Below, piece after piece: positions 55,177-64,000 of a stretch of 64,000 bases of DNA. The stretch comes from a virus. Taxonomy: Duplodnaviria > Heunggongvirae > Uroviricota > Caudoviricetes. Position 1 is the first letter of the stretch. Every line of letters begins with the position of its first letter. The stretch lies in the IMG/VR virus record IMGVR_UViG_3300029653_000083, positions 138,236 through 202,235 of that record; one strand, 5' to 3'. Below the pieces are notes generated by a model. That model saw only the letters and a program-made list of their open reading frames with translations. It was not told the DNA's origin and searched no databases. The position numbers and the translations under genes are program-made.

Positions 55177-55838
55177 GCGGTTTTCGCAAGAGATTGCTGA
55201 TATTCTTGTCCGCATTGCCAGCCCTCGTGTTGCTCATTGTCTTGACGGGCAGTTGGCGAATACTGTTGACGCCAGCCGTGATAGCGTTCCTGAAGGATGT
55301 GATACGCACGCTGTGGTGTGGGCTGCTCTTCGGCGTGGGGATGTCCGTATTTCTTTTCGTGGCGTCCACCATGTTCGACCATGCGAAGGATTCGCTTGAA
55401 TCATGGAAGTGCGTCCCCTACCTGACCGTGAGCCTCCTGCTGCCGGTCGTCGGCTTGTGGGCTGCGTGCAGGCTTGCGGACCAGCCTTCGTCGGGTAATG
55501 GTGTCGGCCTGCTACTGGGCGTCGTGCTGGGTGTGCTGTTGTTTGAGCAGGTGTGGCCTTGGCTATCGCCCGCATGGGTGTCCAATTACCTGACGTTAGA
55601 GGAACGGTATTCGGAACCGTCCGACTGGAAACCCAAGGACGGACTACTTCCTCCCTACTGGATGCGCGCATACAAAATCGCCTATCCGACCGTCCAAGGC
55701 ACGAACGACACCCGCCCGCACCCGGAATGGGTCGAACAGCACGCTGACGACCTGCGGTTCCTACACGACCATCATGCGGATATGTACTGGAAGCTCGAAG
55801 ATGCGATTTGGTGGATTGAAAAGGCGGACAAATCGTAA
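55173..55838 (+). CDS. multi-TM membrane protein
   Basis: About four hydrophobic segments. Confidence 0.7.
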   Translation: MSGFRKRLLIFLSALPALVLLIVLTGSWRILLTPAVIAFLKDVIRTLWCGLLFGVGMSVFLFVASTMFDHAKDSLESWKCVPYLTVSLLLPVVGLWAACRLADQPSSGNGVGLLLGVVLGVLLFEQVWPWLSPAWVSNYLTLEERYSEPSDWKPKDGLLPPYWMRAYKIAYPTVQGTNDTRPHPEWVEQHADDLRFLHDHHADMYWKLEDAIWWIEKADKS

Positions 55839-55947
55839 CCGACCCGTATGTTCGCCGCGCCAACGGCATCAGACCGAAGCGCATGTGGCGACCGTACTGG
55901 CGCAACGGCTTCGTCGAACCCGAAGAATCGAAAGGAAAAGATAACCA

Positions 55948-56400
55948 ATGAACAAGCAACCGACCATTGGTGAAGTCTATAAACGGCCTGAATATTTTGA
56001 CGCAGTGTGGTCAGAAAGCATTGAATGTTACGGCGTGACCAAGCAGAGCATCGTCTGCATGGAGGAGTGCGCCGAGCTTATCGAAGCATACGATGTCCGA
56101 CGGCGTGACGGGCTGACGGACGGGACACACTCCCACATAGTTGAGGAGATGGCGGACGTACTCATCTGCCTATGGCTACTCGAACACATGTACGACATCA
56201 AAGGACGCGACAAACGCAAGCGCCACCCGTCTCCGGTCGGAGCGTGCGCAGCGCTCATCAAAGCGGTCAGCAAAATCCTGCGCTACGGCACCGAAAAGGA
56301 GCGTCTGGATGGGCTTGCCGACGCGGTGGAGGACGTGCGACGCTGGGTGATGCGGCTCGAAAAAGAAAACGGCATCATGGACGAGGAACTAGGCGAATAG
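55948..56400 (+). CDS. MazG-like NTP pyrophosphohydrolase (possibly truncated by a nonsense codon)
   Basis: MEECAELI...EEMADV motif. Confidence 0.75.
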   Translation: MNKQPTIGEVYKRPEYFDAVWSESIECYGVTKQSIVCMEECAELIEAYDVRRRDGLTDGTHSHIVEEMADVLICLWLLEHMYDIKGRDKRKRHPSPVGACAALIKAVSKILRYGTEKERLDGLADAVEDVRRWVMRLEKENGIMDEELGE

Positions 56401-56447
56401 GTGGAACGCAAGACAGTCAGACAACAGCGGCGAAATGAGGACGACAA

Positions 56448-56663
56448 GTGAGCGTGCGAAGCGAAACATTGGGCGAGGTCATTGAATGGCTCGGAGACGA
56501 GGCGGACAGGGAATGGGAGCGCGCCAAAGACGGCCTGAGCGACGGATACGACGGGTTCGACGCCTACACGCGGGCAATCCAGCACTGTCAGGACATGCTC
56601 ATGGACGATACGGCGGAACACGGAAAGCCCGATGAAGGTGGAAAAAATGAACAAGCAGAATGA
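56448..56663 (+). CDS. small hypothetical protein
   Basis: GAGG RBS, 71 aa. Confidence 0.6.
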   Translation: MSVRSETLGEVIEWLGDEADREWERAKDGLSDGYDGFDAYTRAIQHCQDMLMDDTAEHGKPDEGGKNEQAE

Positions 56664-56835
56664 GACCGTTCTATTGGAACACTTGGCCGACACGTTCGAA
56701 ACCAAGCTCCGCGAGGCCGACCGGTCTATCGGAACCGACATTCCGAACCAGTACCGGGAGGGATGGATGGACGCGTTCGGATGGGCGGCCACCTACTGCC
56801 GCCTATTGGCGGAACGGAAGTGGACCCATGCTTGA
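56647..56835 (+). CDS. small hypothetical protein
   Basis: 62 aa; YREGW.DA..WA motif. Confidence 0.6.
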   Translation: MNKQNETVLLEHLADTFETKLREADRSIGTDIPNQYREGWMDAFGWAATYCRLLAERKWTHA

Positions 56836-57355
56836 CTTCTCCAAATGGGAGGCAATGTGGGACGCCTACAACCGGATGGGCGAAGCCGTGTCCGGCAGTC
56901 CCGCAAGCATATGCCAAGACATCGGCGTGACATTGATGATGGTCTTCGGTTTCGTCGGGCTCATCGCGGTGGCCGTCATCAGTGGCGTGGGCGACGACCC
57001 CGAGAAAAGCCCGTTCTTCCGCTTGACCACGGCGATAGCCGTCATAGGCGGTGTGCTGGCGCTCACATCGTTCGTCATGCCATCTCACAACGACGCCCAC
57101 GTATCCGAACCACCCGCGCTCTCCACGCAAATCGAGAGAACGTGGGGGCTGGACGAAATGGGCGATTGCAAAAACACGAGCCACGGGCTTACCGACAGCC
57201 CAAGCCTACCCAAGTCGAGCCTTGACGACGGCGACTGGAAGTGCGTCGCCTACACCGACAGTCAACGCACCGAACTGACCGTCCACATCAAAGGAAACAA
57301 GGTCGGCCTGTACAAGGCAGACGGCAAGGCGTTGAAACTAGTAGGAAAGGACTAG
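56828..57355 (+). CDS. 2-TM membrane protein, paralog family A4
   Basis: MLDFSKWEAMWDAY...KVGLYKADGK. Confidence 0.8.
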   Translation: MLDFSKWEAMWDAYNRMGEAVSGSPASICQDIGVTLMMVFGFVGLIAVAVISGVGDDPEKSPFFRLTTAIAVIGGVLALTSFVMPSHNDAHVSEPPALSTQIERTWGLDEMGDCKNTSHGLTDSPSLPKSSLDDGDWKCVAYTDSQRTELTVHIKGNKVGLYKADGKALKLVGKD

Positions 57356-57814
57356 ATGGTGAAGGACTTCTCTGCTTGGGCCAATGCGTGGAACGACTAC
57401 AGCAGGTCGGATGTCAATTATCTCGTTTTCGTCGTGGGTGGCACGGCGGCTCTCGTCGTCCTTGCTCTTTCCCTCTTATTGGAAAGCAACGGCACCGTTC
57501 TGACCTTTTTCTGCGGTTTAGCCGTCATCGTAACCCTAGCTGGCATATGGGTTGTGAACTTCTACCCGATTTGGATGGAGGATTCCCCTGAGCCAGCCGT
57601 CTTCACCACTCAGGTCGAGAAGGAGTTCGGCGTGCATGATTTCTCGTGCCCACCCGACGTCATGTCCGTCAAGGACGCTCTGCCCGATGCGGGCGCCTAC
57701 CGGTGCACCATCACCGACGGCAAGGACGATTCGACAGTAAGGGACGTGAGGCTCATCGTGACGGCGGACAACAAGGTCGGACTCTACGACGCTGACGGAA
57801 AGGCATTGAAATGA
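57356..57814 (+). CDS. 2-TM membrane protein, paralog family A5
   Basis: MVKDFSAWANAWNDY...KVGLYDADGK. Confidence 0.8.
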   Translation: MVKDFSAWANAWNDYSRSDVNYLVFVVGGTAALVVLALSLLLESNGTVLTFFCGLAVIVTLAGIWVVNFYPIWMEDSPEPAVFTTQVEKEFGVHDFSCPPDVMSVKDALPDAGAYRCTITDGKDDSTVRDVRLIVTADNKVGLYDADGKALK

Positions 57815-58296
57815 TAGACATGAGCGAATGGGCCTCCAATCACCACGGTCTGTCGGACTGCATATACATGGCGGCATTGTCCACGGTGCTGGTTTTCGCC
57901 GTGCTGGGCGTCGTCTGGCGGGCGGGCAGACGCTTGGTGCTTCGCGCGACGCATCGTATCCCACGGGACGCCCAGCCATTGCTGGAGGACACCAAATTCG
58001 TCATATGTCTGGCCCTTGTGGGCGGCTTCGGACTGCTCCTGACGTTGAACCCCGGTCTTCTCGTTCTCCCGAAGGACACCACGTTCACCGAACAGGTGGC
58101 ACGACAGGCCGGATTGGAGGCGTTGTCTTGCCCGACCATCCCTGATTCCAAGTACATGCCCGGTCAGGGCAGGTACGAGTGCGAATACGTGGACGCGAAA
58201 GGAAAGGCCCACGACCTGAGCCTGCTGGTCGCATCCGGCGACAGGGTATGGCTTTACGACCACAACGGCAAGCCGATGAAGGTGACGACGAAATGA
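57811..58296 (+). CDS. 2-TM membrane protein, paralog family A6
   Basis: MIDMSEW...RVWLYDHNGK. Confidence 0.75.
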   Translation: MIDMSEWASNHHGLSDCIYMAALSTVLVFAVLGVVWRAGRRLVLRATHRIPRDAQPLLEDTKFVICLALVGGFGLLLTLNPGLLVLPKDTTFTEQVARQAGLEALSCPTIPDSKYMPGQGRYECEYVDAKGKAHDLSLLVASGDRVWLYDHNGKPMKVTTK

Positions 58297-58499
58297 ACCC
58301 AGAAGACAATCCGATGCCGCTCGTCTCCGAATGTAATCCGGTGGATGCGGTCGAATGCCCATGCTGCTTGACCGTGTTCCGCGTGCGCACGCTCATGACC
58401 GACGGGAACGGGCAGCTCATGGGCGACGGATACGAGGCCATCCCCATGTTCTGCCCCATGTGTGGCGGACGGCTCGAACAGTCGGAAAGAAAGGAATAG
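58293..58499 (+). CDS. small Zn-ribbon protein
   Basis: ECPCC...FCPMCG. Confidence 0.65.
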   Translation: MNPEDNPMPLVSECNPVDAVECPCCLTVFRVRTLMTDGNGQLMGDGYEAIPMFCPMCGGRLEQSERKE

Positions 58500-58503
58500 G
58501 ATA

Positions 58504-58770
58504 ATGGCCGACCCGAAGTACATGAGGAAAATACAGGACATGTGCCGCTGTCAGGATTGCGGTCTCATGGCCGACAATGCGGACATCGACGTGGAATTGG
58601 ATTGTGACGAAATCGTGTTTGAGTGGAGCGACGCGGACGACAGCCAGACATGTAACCTACCGCCCTGCTACGGCGGACACAGGCTTCAGACCGATATGAC
58701 CGCCTACGACCTGTTGCTGGAGCTTGGCGTCATAGACGACCCCTACGCGCGAAACAAGGAGCGAGATTGA
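58504..58770 (+). CDS. small Cys-containing hypothetical protein
   Basis: 88 aa, RBS upstream. Confidence 0.6.
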   Translation: MADPKYMRKIQDMCRCQDCGLMADNADIDVELDCDEIVFEWSDADDSQTCNLPPCYGGHRLQTDMTAYDLLLELGVIDDPYARNKERD

Positions 58771-59066
58771 GAAGACTATTGGCATTACTGCTGGTACCCA
58801 TGTGCCTGATGTGCGCCGGATGCGACGAAGTGGCCGACGAATCGGAACAGGAAACGGACACCACACCGGCATCCCAGTCGGAGAAGACCGTCACCGGCTG
58901 CGCCGACTACGACACCAGAAACTCCGCCGTTGATAGTGGCGGTATCGGTGAATGCGAACTCACGCTGCACGACGGGCGGCACGTCACATGCGCGGTAATG
59001 TCCGACTATAGGAAAGGCGGACTGTCCTGCGACTGGGCAAACGCCGCCAAGGAGGCGTCCAATTGA
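58767..59066 (+). CDS. lipoprotein
   Basis: Lipobox CAGC; DGRHVTC...GGLSCDW. Confidence 0.75.
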   Translation: MRRLLALLLVPMCLMCAGCDEVADESEQETDTTPASQSEKTVTGCADYDTRNSAVDSGGIGECELTLHDGRHVTCAVMSDYRKGGLSCDWANAAKEASN

Positions 59067-60040
59067 CTCAACACATCGAACTCAAAACCCCATGCCCGGA
59101 CTGCCGGGGTCGGCTGACACTGTCAGTACGTCACACGCCGCTATTGGGCTGGCATGCGGTGCGACTGGCATGCGAGAACGGTTGCGACCTCCACTGGTAC
59201 TACTACGACCTGCCGAACGGGCGGGCATGGTTTTCGACCGTCGAACAATGCGCCGACTATCACGACGGCGTCATCCGCAGGGAGGGGGAGGAGAACGAAC
59301 GGATACTGGCGTTCGAATGCCCAAACTGCGGGGAGTGCCCGCACGTGTCAAGCAAAAGCATCGGACGCCAGACGTTCCCCACCGCCACATGCCGGTGCGC
59401 ATCCTGTTGGGACGTGGACCTGCACTCAGCGCTCTGCGAATGGCTGACGGAGACCAAGAACAAGAAGAACGCGGACATCCTCGAAAAAATCGGCCGTTCC
59501 ACGACGTTTCAGGCGGAACCCGATTGCCCGTTCTGCGGCGGGCCGGTGTTTGTCCGCATCATCGAGACCGGCGATGACCGACGCTGGGGCTTCACCGTAC
59601 ACCATGCCAGTCCATGCAATCTCGAACCATTGCTACAGGGGCTACGCCCATGCGACAGAGCGCAGGAGATGGCGGACGACTTCGACAGGCACTGGCGCAA
59701 GACCGTGGCCGCCGTCAAGGACACGCCCGACTGTCCACACTGCGGCAGGCCGCCCGAATGCGCATGGGACCATACGTCCGGCCTATGGTCCGTCGGCTGC
59801 GGAAAATGCGACAAACCGAACAACGGCGTATCCGACGACATCTTGACTGCGATGGCATCATGGCGTGAACATACGGACGCCTACCGACGCAACCACGACG
59901 GCGAAGGATTGCAAAACCAACTGACCGAATACTGGAGAAAAACAAGACAGGTGACAGCCTACCCCTCCCTTACGGAAGGGGATTGCGGCCTAAAATCCGT
60001 TCGACCGACTTTCCGCAAAACTTGTCGCAACCTCAACTAA
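59063..60040 (+). CDS. multi-Zn-ribbon Lar-like protein
   Basis: Four CPxC units; C-terminal half aligns with 1156..1704. Confidence 0.65.
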   Translation: MTQHIELKTPCPDCRGRLTLSVRHTPLLGWHAVRLACENGCDLHWYYYDLPNGRAWFSTVEQCADYHDGVIRREGEENERILAFECPNCGECPHVSSKSIGRQTFPTATCRCASCWDVDLHSALCEWLTETKNKKNADILEKIGRSTTFQAEPDCPFCGGPVFVRIIETGDDRRWGFTVHHASPCNLEPLLQGLRPCDRAQEMADDFDRHWRKTVAAVKDTPDCPHCGRPPECAWDHTSGLWSVGCGKCDKPNNGVSDDILTAMASWREHTDAYRRNHDGEGLQNQLTEYWRKTRQVTAYPSLTEGDCGLKSVRPTFRKTCRNLN

Positions 60041-60121
60041 ACCCCTTACCATGAAGGTAACAACCTCAAACAAATCCGGTTGCAAACTCGAAGCATCCAT
60101 CCCAAAAAAAGGGGAAACAAC

Positions 60122-60757
60122 ATGGTCGAAGCGGAAACCCAGTCCATATACGATTTAGAACACCTGCCCGGGCATAGGGAAATCCGAAGACCAAAATATG
60201 CGGTGAAATATTGGCCACAATCGGAAACCTGCCAACGCAATCCCCGCAAATACGTGCTTGTCGCCAAATCTGACAGCCAACGGACAATCCGTAACATCAT
60301 GCGTCGTATCGACACGCAGGACGGCAATCATCAATACTCCTCGTTCCGCGTCCGCTCACTGGTCGATTCGGACGAATATCCGGAGGGCGTTTTCTCGACT
60401 GAAATCCGTCAGGATGATGACGGTAATTTTCTCCTCTACGTCGCATACATTCCCGCCGAAGACGAGCCGGAACCGAACCCGCGCAACGAGGATGTGGTGA
60501 AGACAATCCGCTACGGTGCGGAATGCACTCTCGCAGGTGACATGAAAGCGGCACTGCGAGGCAACGGCAACAAGCCAAAAGACATCGTCCAAGTGACCGG
60601 AACAGTGGAACAGTGGAAATGCCGGTTCGATGACCCGAACGTGGCATTCCATTCCGAACAGCTCCACCTGTGGACGGAAGACCGCGTGTACGGGTTCATG
60701 CAGTCGGACGGGTGCGCCGTGGTTGTAGACATGCCGAGAAATCCAGCCTCGGATTAG
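60122..60757 (+). CDS. hypothetical protein
   Basis: 211 aa; WTEDRVY...PRNP C-terminal motif. Confidence 0.7.
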   Translation: MVEAETQSIYDLEHLPGHREIRRPKYAVKYWPQSETCQRNPRKYVLVAKSDSQRTIRNIMRRIDTQDGNHQYSSFRVRSLVDSDEYPEGVFSTEIRQDDDGNFLLYVAYIPAEDEPEPNPRNEDVVKTIRYGAECTLAGDMKAALRGNGNKPKDIVQVTGTVEQWKCRFDDPNVAFHSEQLHLWTEDRVYGFMQSDGCAVVVDMPRNPASD

Positions 60758-60788
60758 CTTCCTCCAAGCCGGTCGATGTGCGAAAAAC

Positions 60789-60824
60789 GGATTGCCTCCG
60801 GCTTTAGATGTCGAAAGCAATCCG
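60789..60824. terminator. hairpin between convergent genes
   Basis: GGATTGC/GCAATCC stem. Confidence 0.55.
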
Positions 60825-60849
60825 ATAACCCTCTTCCTATCGGGAAGGA

Positions 60850-63800
60850 TTAATGCTTCCTACCCGTCTTTTGCGGCCTCAACAAGACGAGGCCGACAAC
60901 AAGCGACAGACTGGAGATGGCGGCAAGAACCAACAACAATCGGCCTCCCGTAAACGGCATGGATGCTATGGGAGTTTCCAAGTACGGCATCACAACGCGG
61001 ATGATGCCGCAATTCTCGTACACATCCTCATATACCGGGCTTGCCATCTGAGAGGGTGATGGGAAGTCGTTCAGATTGATATAAGCGCCTTTCATGCCGG
61101 AAGTATCCGAAATCGGGTCTGCGGCACTGTTGGTCGCTTTTGTCGAGCCTTTGGCGTTCTTGGCCGTGACCTTCAATTTCAACCAAGAATCTCTTCTGCC
61201 GGGAGAGAACCGAACCTGATATCCGCTACCGGCGGGAATGCCGACGATACGGTAGGTTCCGTCTTTGCCCGTCGTGTCGGCCAATGGTTTTCCATCGTAT
61301 CCCAAAACGGGGGTTCCGTTGGAATCGGTCAGAGTGACGGTCACATTGGAGGCGAGCGCGTCGGTATCCTCGCGGATGCCGTTTCCGTCCTTGTCGTACC
61401 ATACGATGCCTGAAACGACTCGTTGGACTACGGTGACGTCGGCGTCGGTTTTGTTGTATCCGTCTCCCCAACGGATGCTGTACAGGTCGGCGGGACGGTT
61501 GTTGGAAGGTTGGATGGTGATGTCGAACATGAGGCTTGAGCCTCCCGGCAGTGGTTTGTCTCCCACCCATGCCCAAGCTGTTGGATGCAGGTTTTGCGGG
61601 ATGGCGGCTATGCCTGTCGTACTGTCGAACGGTAGTGTCTTCCAATCTTTTACGTCAGTGGTTTTGATGTTGCTTGGGTCTGTGGTCAGGTATTTGCTGT
61701 CGGTGGAGTAGACAAGATGCCCGTCTCCAAGTTGGGAGCCGTTTCGGGGGCTAATGTGGATGCCTGCCAAAACCCAGTCGCCATGATAGGAGCTGAGTGT
61801 GTTGGCGGTGTTCGGCATGATGGCCGTGGCTATCGGATTGGACAACGGTGTTTCGAGATTGTTGGTTTTGATACTCTTCCAATGCAATGCCGAGTTGACC
61901 TCATTTACCAACGGGTCAGCCTTGATAGCCAAAGTGGTCAGTTCCAAACGACTGATTTTGATGGTGTACTCGGAATGTGTCAAATCCATTTTCGGTCTGA
62001 CTGGAGAACGATAAGTGGAAACGGAAACCTTGTTCGTCAACTGTTCCGCGTTAACCACATCATTGTCCGGGTCGGTTGCGTCACCGATGCTGGTCGAATA
62101 GTGGATTGTATACTGTTTGGACGTGTCGATATTGTCCAAATGCCAGACAAGAGTGGTGGTTCCGTCTGCGTTGAGTGTGGCGTTCGGTTCGATTCTCGTG
62201 CCATTGGCTACGCTTCCCTGACTTGGAGTGTTCTCCTTGTAGTCTCCGCCCAAATATGCGGTCGATGGAAGATAATGGAGTTTTGACGGGAGTGTGTCGG
62301 TGACCGTCATATCCGTTTTGGTATCGACGGTATCCCGCCCATACAGGTTGGATGCCATGTTTAAATCCAGTTTCCAGTCCACGTAGCGTTGTCCGTTGTC
62401 GATGTCGTAGGTTTGTTTGGAGCCTTTGTTCCCGTCGCTTTGGTCTGTGCTTTTGGAGACTTGGGCGATTTCCGCCACGATGTGGAGGCTGTCACCGTAA
62501 TGCCTGTCGGCTGTGTCTCCGCCCACATATCCTTGGACGTCATCCCATTTTGCCTTCTGATATGGGGTGCTGTCCACTCGTCCGGTCGGAGCGACTTGTT
62601 TGACGAGTTCTGCCGGGTCAAGTTTGTTTTTGCTAATCCAATTGGCCCAATCCTTATTGGATGCGTTGTCGGCGTCGAGACCGGCTTTTGCGGCCAAGTC
62701 TTTACGTGTCCACATGAGGCTTTGCACAGTATATTGGGCGGTCTTGTTGATGATTTCACGTCCGGTTTTGACTTGGACGTCCAGTCCGAAAAAATCACGT
62801 CCAATACCTTCGTTGCCTTCCATCCAAGACGAGTTATATGGTGCGGCATTGTATGACGTGGCGAGAATGGCTACGATTTCGCCGTGTTTCTTTGCCTCGC
62901 TGATGGAATTGTAATAGTTCAGGTAGCCGATTCCAGCTTTTGCCTGTTCAGTGTCGGAAGACCATGCTTTCCCGTCTTTTTTGACACCATAAGCCAAGGT
63001 GCTTTCGGAGAAGATGTTCTTTCCATCACCCAAACTCGCACGATTCCATGTGGAAGCATTCTCATAGGGTTCAAGCACTGTTGAATCGATTTTCATGAGT
63101 CGGGTTCTGATGACGGGCAGATTGGTTTTGTTTTGAGTGTAGCTTATGCGGGAGGCCAGCATGACTTTTTGGCCGCGCACGGCAATGTCGGAACCATCGT
63201 GAACACTGGAACCTTTTTGCTGGAACAGTATACAGGAGGAATCCCTTGTCTGAGTGTCCTGCCATTCCCATCCGGCGCACCCATACTCTATACCTTGATT
63301 ATATTCGGAGGCCATTCCGGACACGTAAAGAGGAATACTCACCCCAGTCTCATCATCTGAGATTATCGACTGATTGGAAGAGTCCGACGGCGCCGATTTG
63401 GCTTTAATGCCACTGACACTGGATGCTTGAAGGTTCATATCCCAAACATCCTGTTGAAGGTTCAGGTCGCTTCCGTACTGGTCGGCCAGATTCTTATTGT
63501 TGATTTTAGTGGGATTCACGAGGTCGATGCCTGCGGACGCCCAATTGAGGATGCCGTTCTGCTGGTCTTTGTTGTTGGGGTTGTAATATTGGTCTAGATG
63601 GGATACGGTGAGATGCAGGATGATGTAGCCGTTTTTGGTTTCCTGCGTCATTTTCCATTCGCTGGCATTGTCGTTTTTCTTTCGGGAGTTGAAAGTTTCG
63701 GCTTCTTTCGTATTGCTTCTGTCCGACGGGTATTTGTGGAATATTGCCATCCAGCTGTTGCTGCCGTTGGCGATGCTCCAAGCTAATGGCTGCAAAGAAT

Positions 63801-64000
63801 TCGGCTGGTTGGCTATAGGCGTGGAAGCGCCTTGCCTCCTCCACTGGTTTGAGATTTTAACGTCGAACGTGACCGGCTCATTAGTGGCCTCCAAGCCTTT
63901 GACGCCTTTTGCATGGTCGGTGGAGGTGTTCGCCACGTTGATGGTCAGATGGGAGAGGACTCCGGTCACTTTGCCCGCTGTCTTGTTTATCGCATCATCA
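60850..64000 (-). CDS. large sortase-anchored surface protein with SdrD B-like domain (starts beyond the window)
   Basis: Frame open to the window edge; SGIVWYDKDGNGIRE, MTVTDTLP, MPFTG + TM + basic tail. Confidence 0.85.
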   Translation of the reverse strand, partial: DDAINKTAGKVTGVLSHLTINVANTSTDHAKGVKGLEATNEPVTFDVKISNQWRRQGASTPIANQPNSLQPLAWSIANGSNSWMAIFHKYPSDRSNTKEAETFNSRKKNDNASEWKMTQETKNGYIILHLTVSHLDQYYNPNNKDQQNGILNWASAGIDLVNPTKINNKNLADQYGSDLNLQQDVWDMNLQASSVSGIKAKSAPSDSSNQSIISDDETGVSIPLYVSGMASEYNQGIEYGCAGWEWQDTQTRDSSCILFQQKGSSVHDGSDIAVRGQKVMLASRISYTQNKTNLPVIRTRLMKIDSTVLEPYENASTWNRASLGDGKNIFSESTLAYGVKKDGKAWSSDTEQAKAGIGYLNYYNSISEAKKHGEIVAILATSYNAAPYNSSWMEGNEGIGRDFFGLDVQVKTGREIINKTAQYTVQSLMWTRKDLAAKAGLDADNASNKDWANWISKNKLDPAELVKQVAPTGRVDSTPYQKAKWDDVQGYVGGDTADRHYGDSLHIVAEIAQVSKSTDQSDGNKGSKQTYDIDNGQRYVDWKLDLNMASNLYGRDTVDTKTDMTVTDTLPSKLHYLPSTAYLGGDYKENTPSQGSVANGTRIEPNATLNADGTTTLVWHLDNIDTSKQYTIHYSTSIGDATDPDNDVVNAEQLTNKVSVSTYRSPVRPKMDLTHSEYTIKISRLELTTLAIKADPLVNEVNSALHWKSIKTNNLETPLSNPIATAIMPNTANTLSSYHGDWVLAGIHISPRNGSQLGDGHLVYSTDSKYLTTDPSNIKTTDVKDWKTLPFDSTTGIAAIPQNLHPTAWAWVGDKPLPGGSSLMFDITIQPSNNRPADLYSIRWGDGYNKTDADVTVVQRVVSGIVWYDKDGNGIREDTDALASNVTVTLTDSNGTPVLGYDGKPLADTTGKDGTYRIVGIPAGSGYQVRFSPGRRDSWLKLKVTAKNAKGSTKATNSAADPISDTSGMKGAYINLNDFPSPSQMASPVYEDVYENCGIIRVVMPYLETPIASMPFTGGRLLLVLAAISSLSLVVGLVLLRPQKTGRKH

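Noticed and set aside
1..64000. tRNA/rRNA genes, virion genes, relaxase or T4SS genes
   Set aside because: None recognisable by eye in this window; tRNAscan-SE and HMM searches are needed to exclude them formally

Overview
A 64-kb segment of a large, high-GC actinobacterial mobile replicon. The sortase with LAxTG substrates, the DUF5052 lipoprotein and the SSB style suggest a Bifidobacterium-type conjugative megaplasmid or phage-plasmid (inference, no database search). It carries: (1) a plasmid RepA with 21-bp-period iterons, plus a separate phage-like module (XRE repressor, ImmA/IrrE protease, SOS-box promoter, AT-hook replication initiator, helicase-loader-like gene); (2) four sortase-anchored surface proteins of up to 2700 aa and a class E sortase; (3) CHAP and NlpC/P60 hydrolases, SSB and HNH nucleases; (4) two tnpA-less IS200/IS605 tnpB elements with readable TTGAC targets and TCAA right ends; (5) many small accessory genes, including Lar-like Zn ribbons, an ART and an ADP-ribosylhydrolase, NERD, MazG-like, a HAD nucleotidase, stand-alone Clp N-domains and a six-member membrane paralog family. 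The most striking unexplained structure is a 22-bp element, TGYTATASTGGNNNTGTYCACA (extended -10 fused to a GTGGA-N4-TCCAC-like palindrome), seen in 14 copies at the head of gene clusters and suggesting a replicon-wide regulon. No tRNA, rRNA or CRISPR array was seen.
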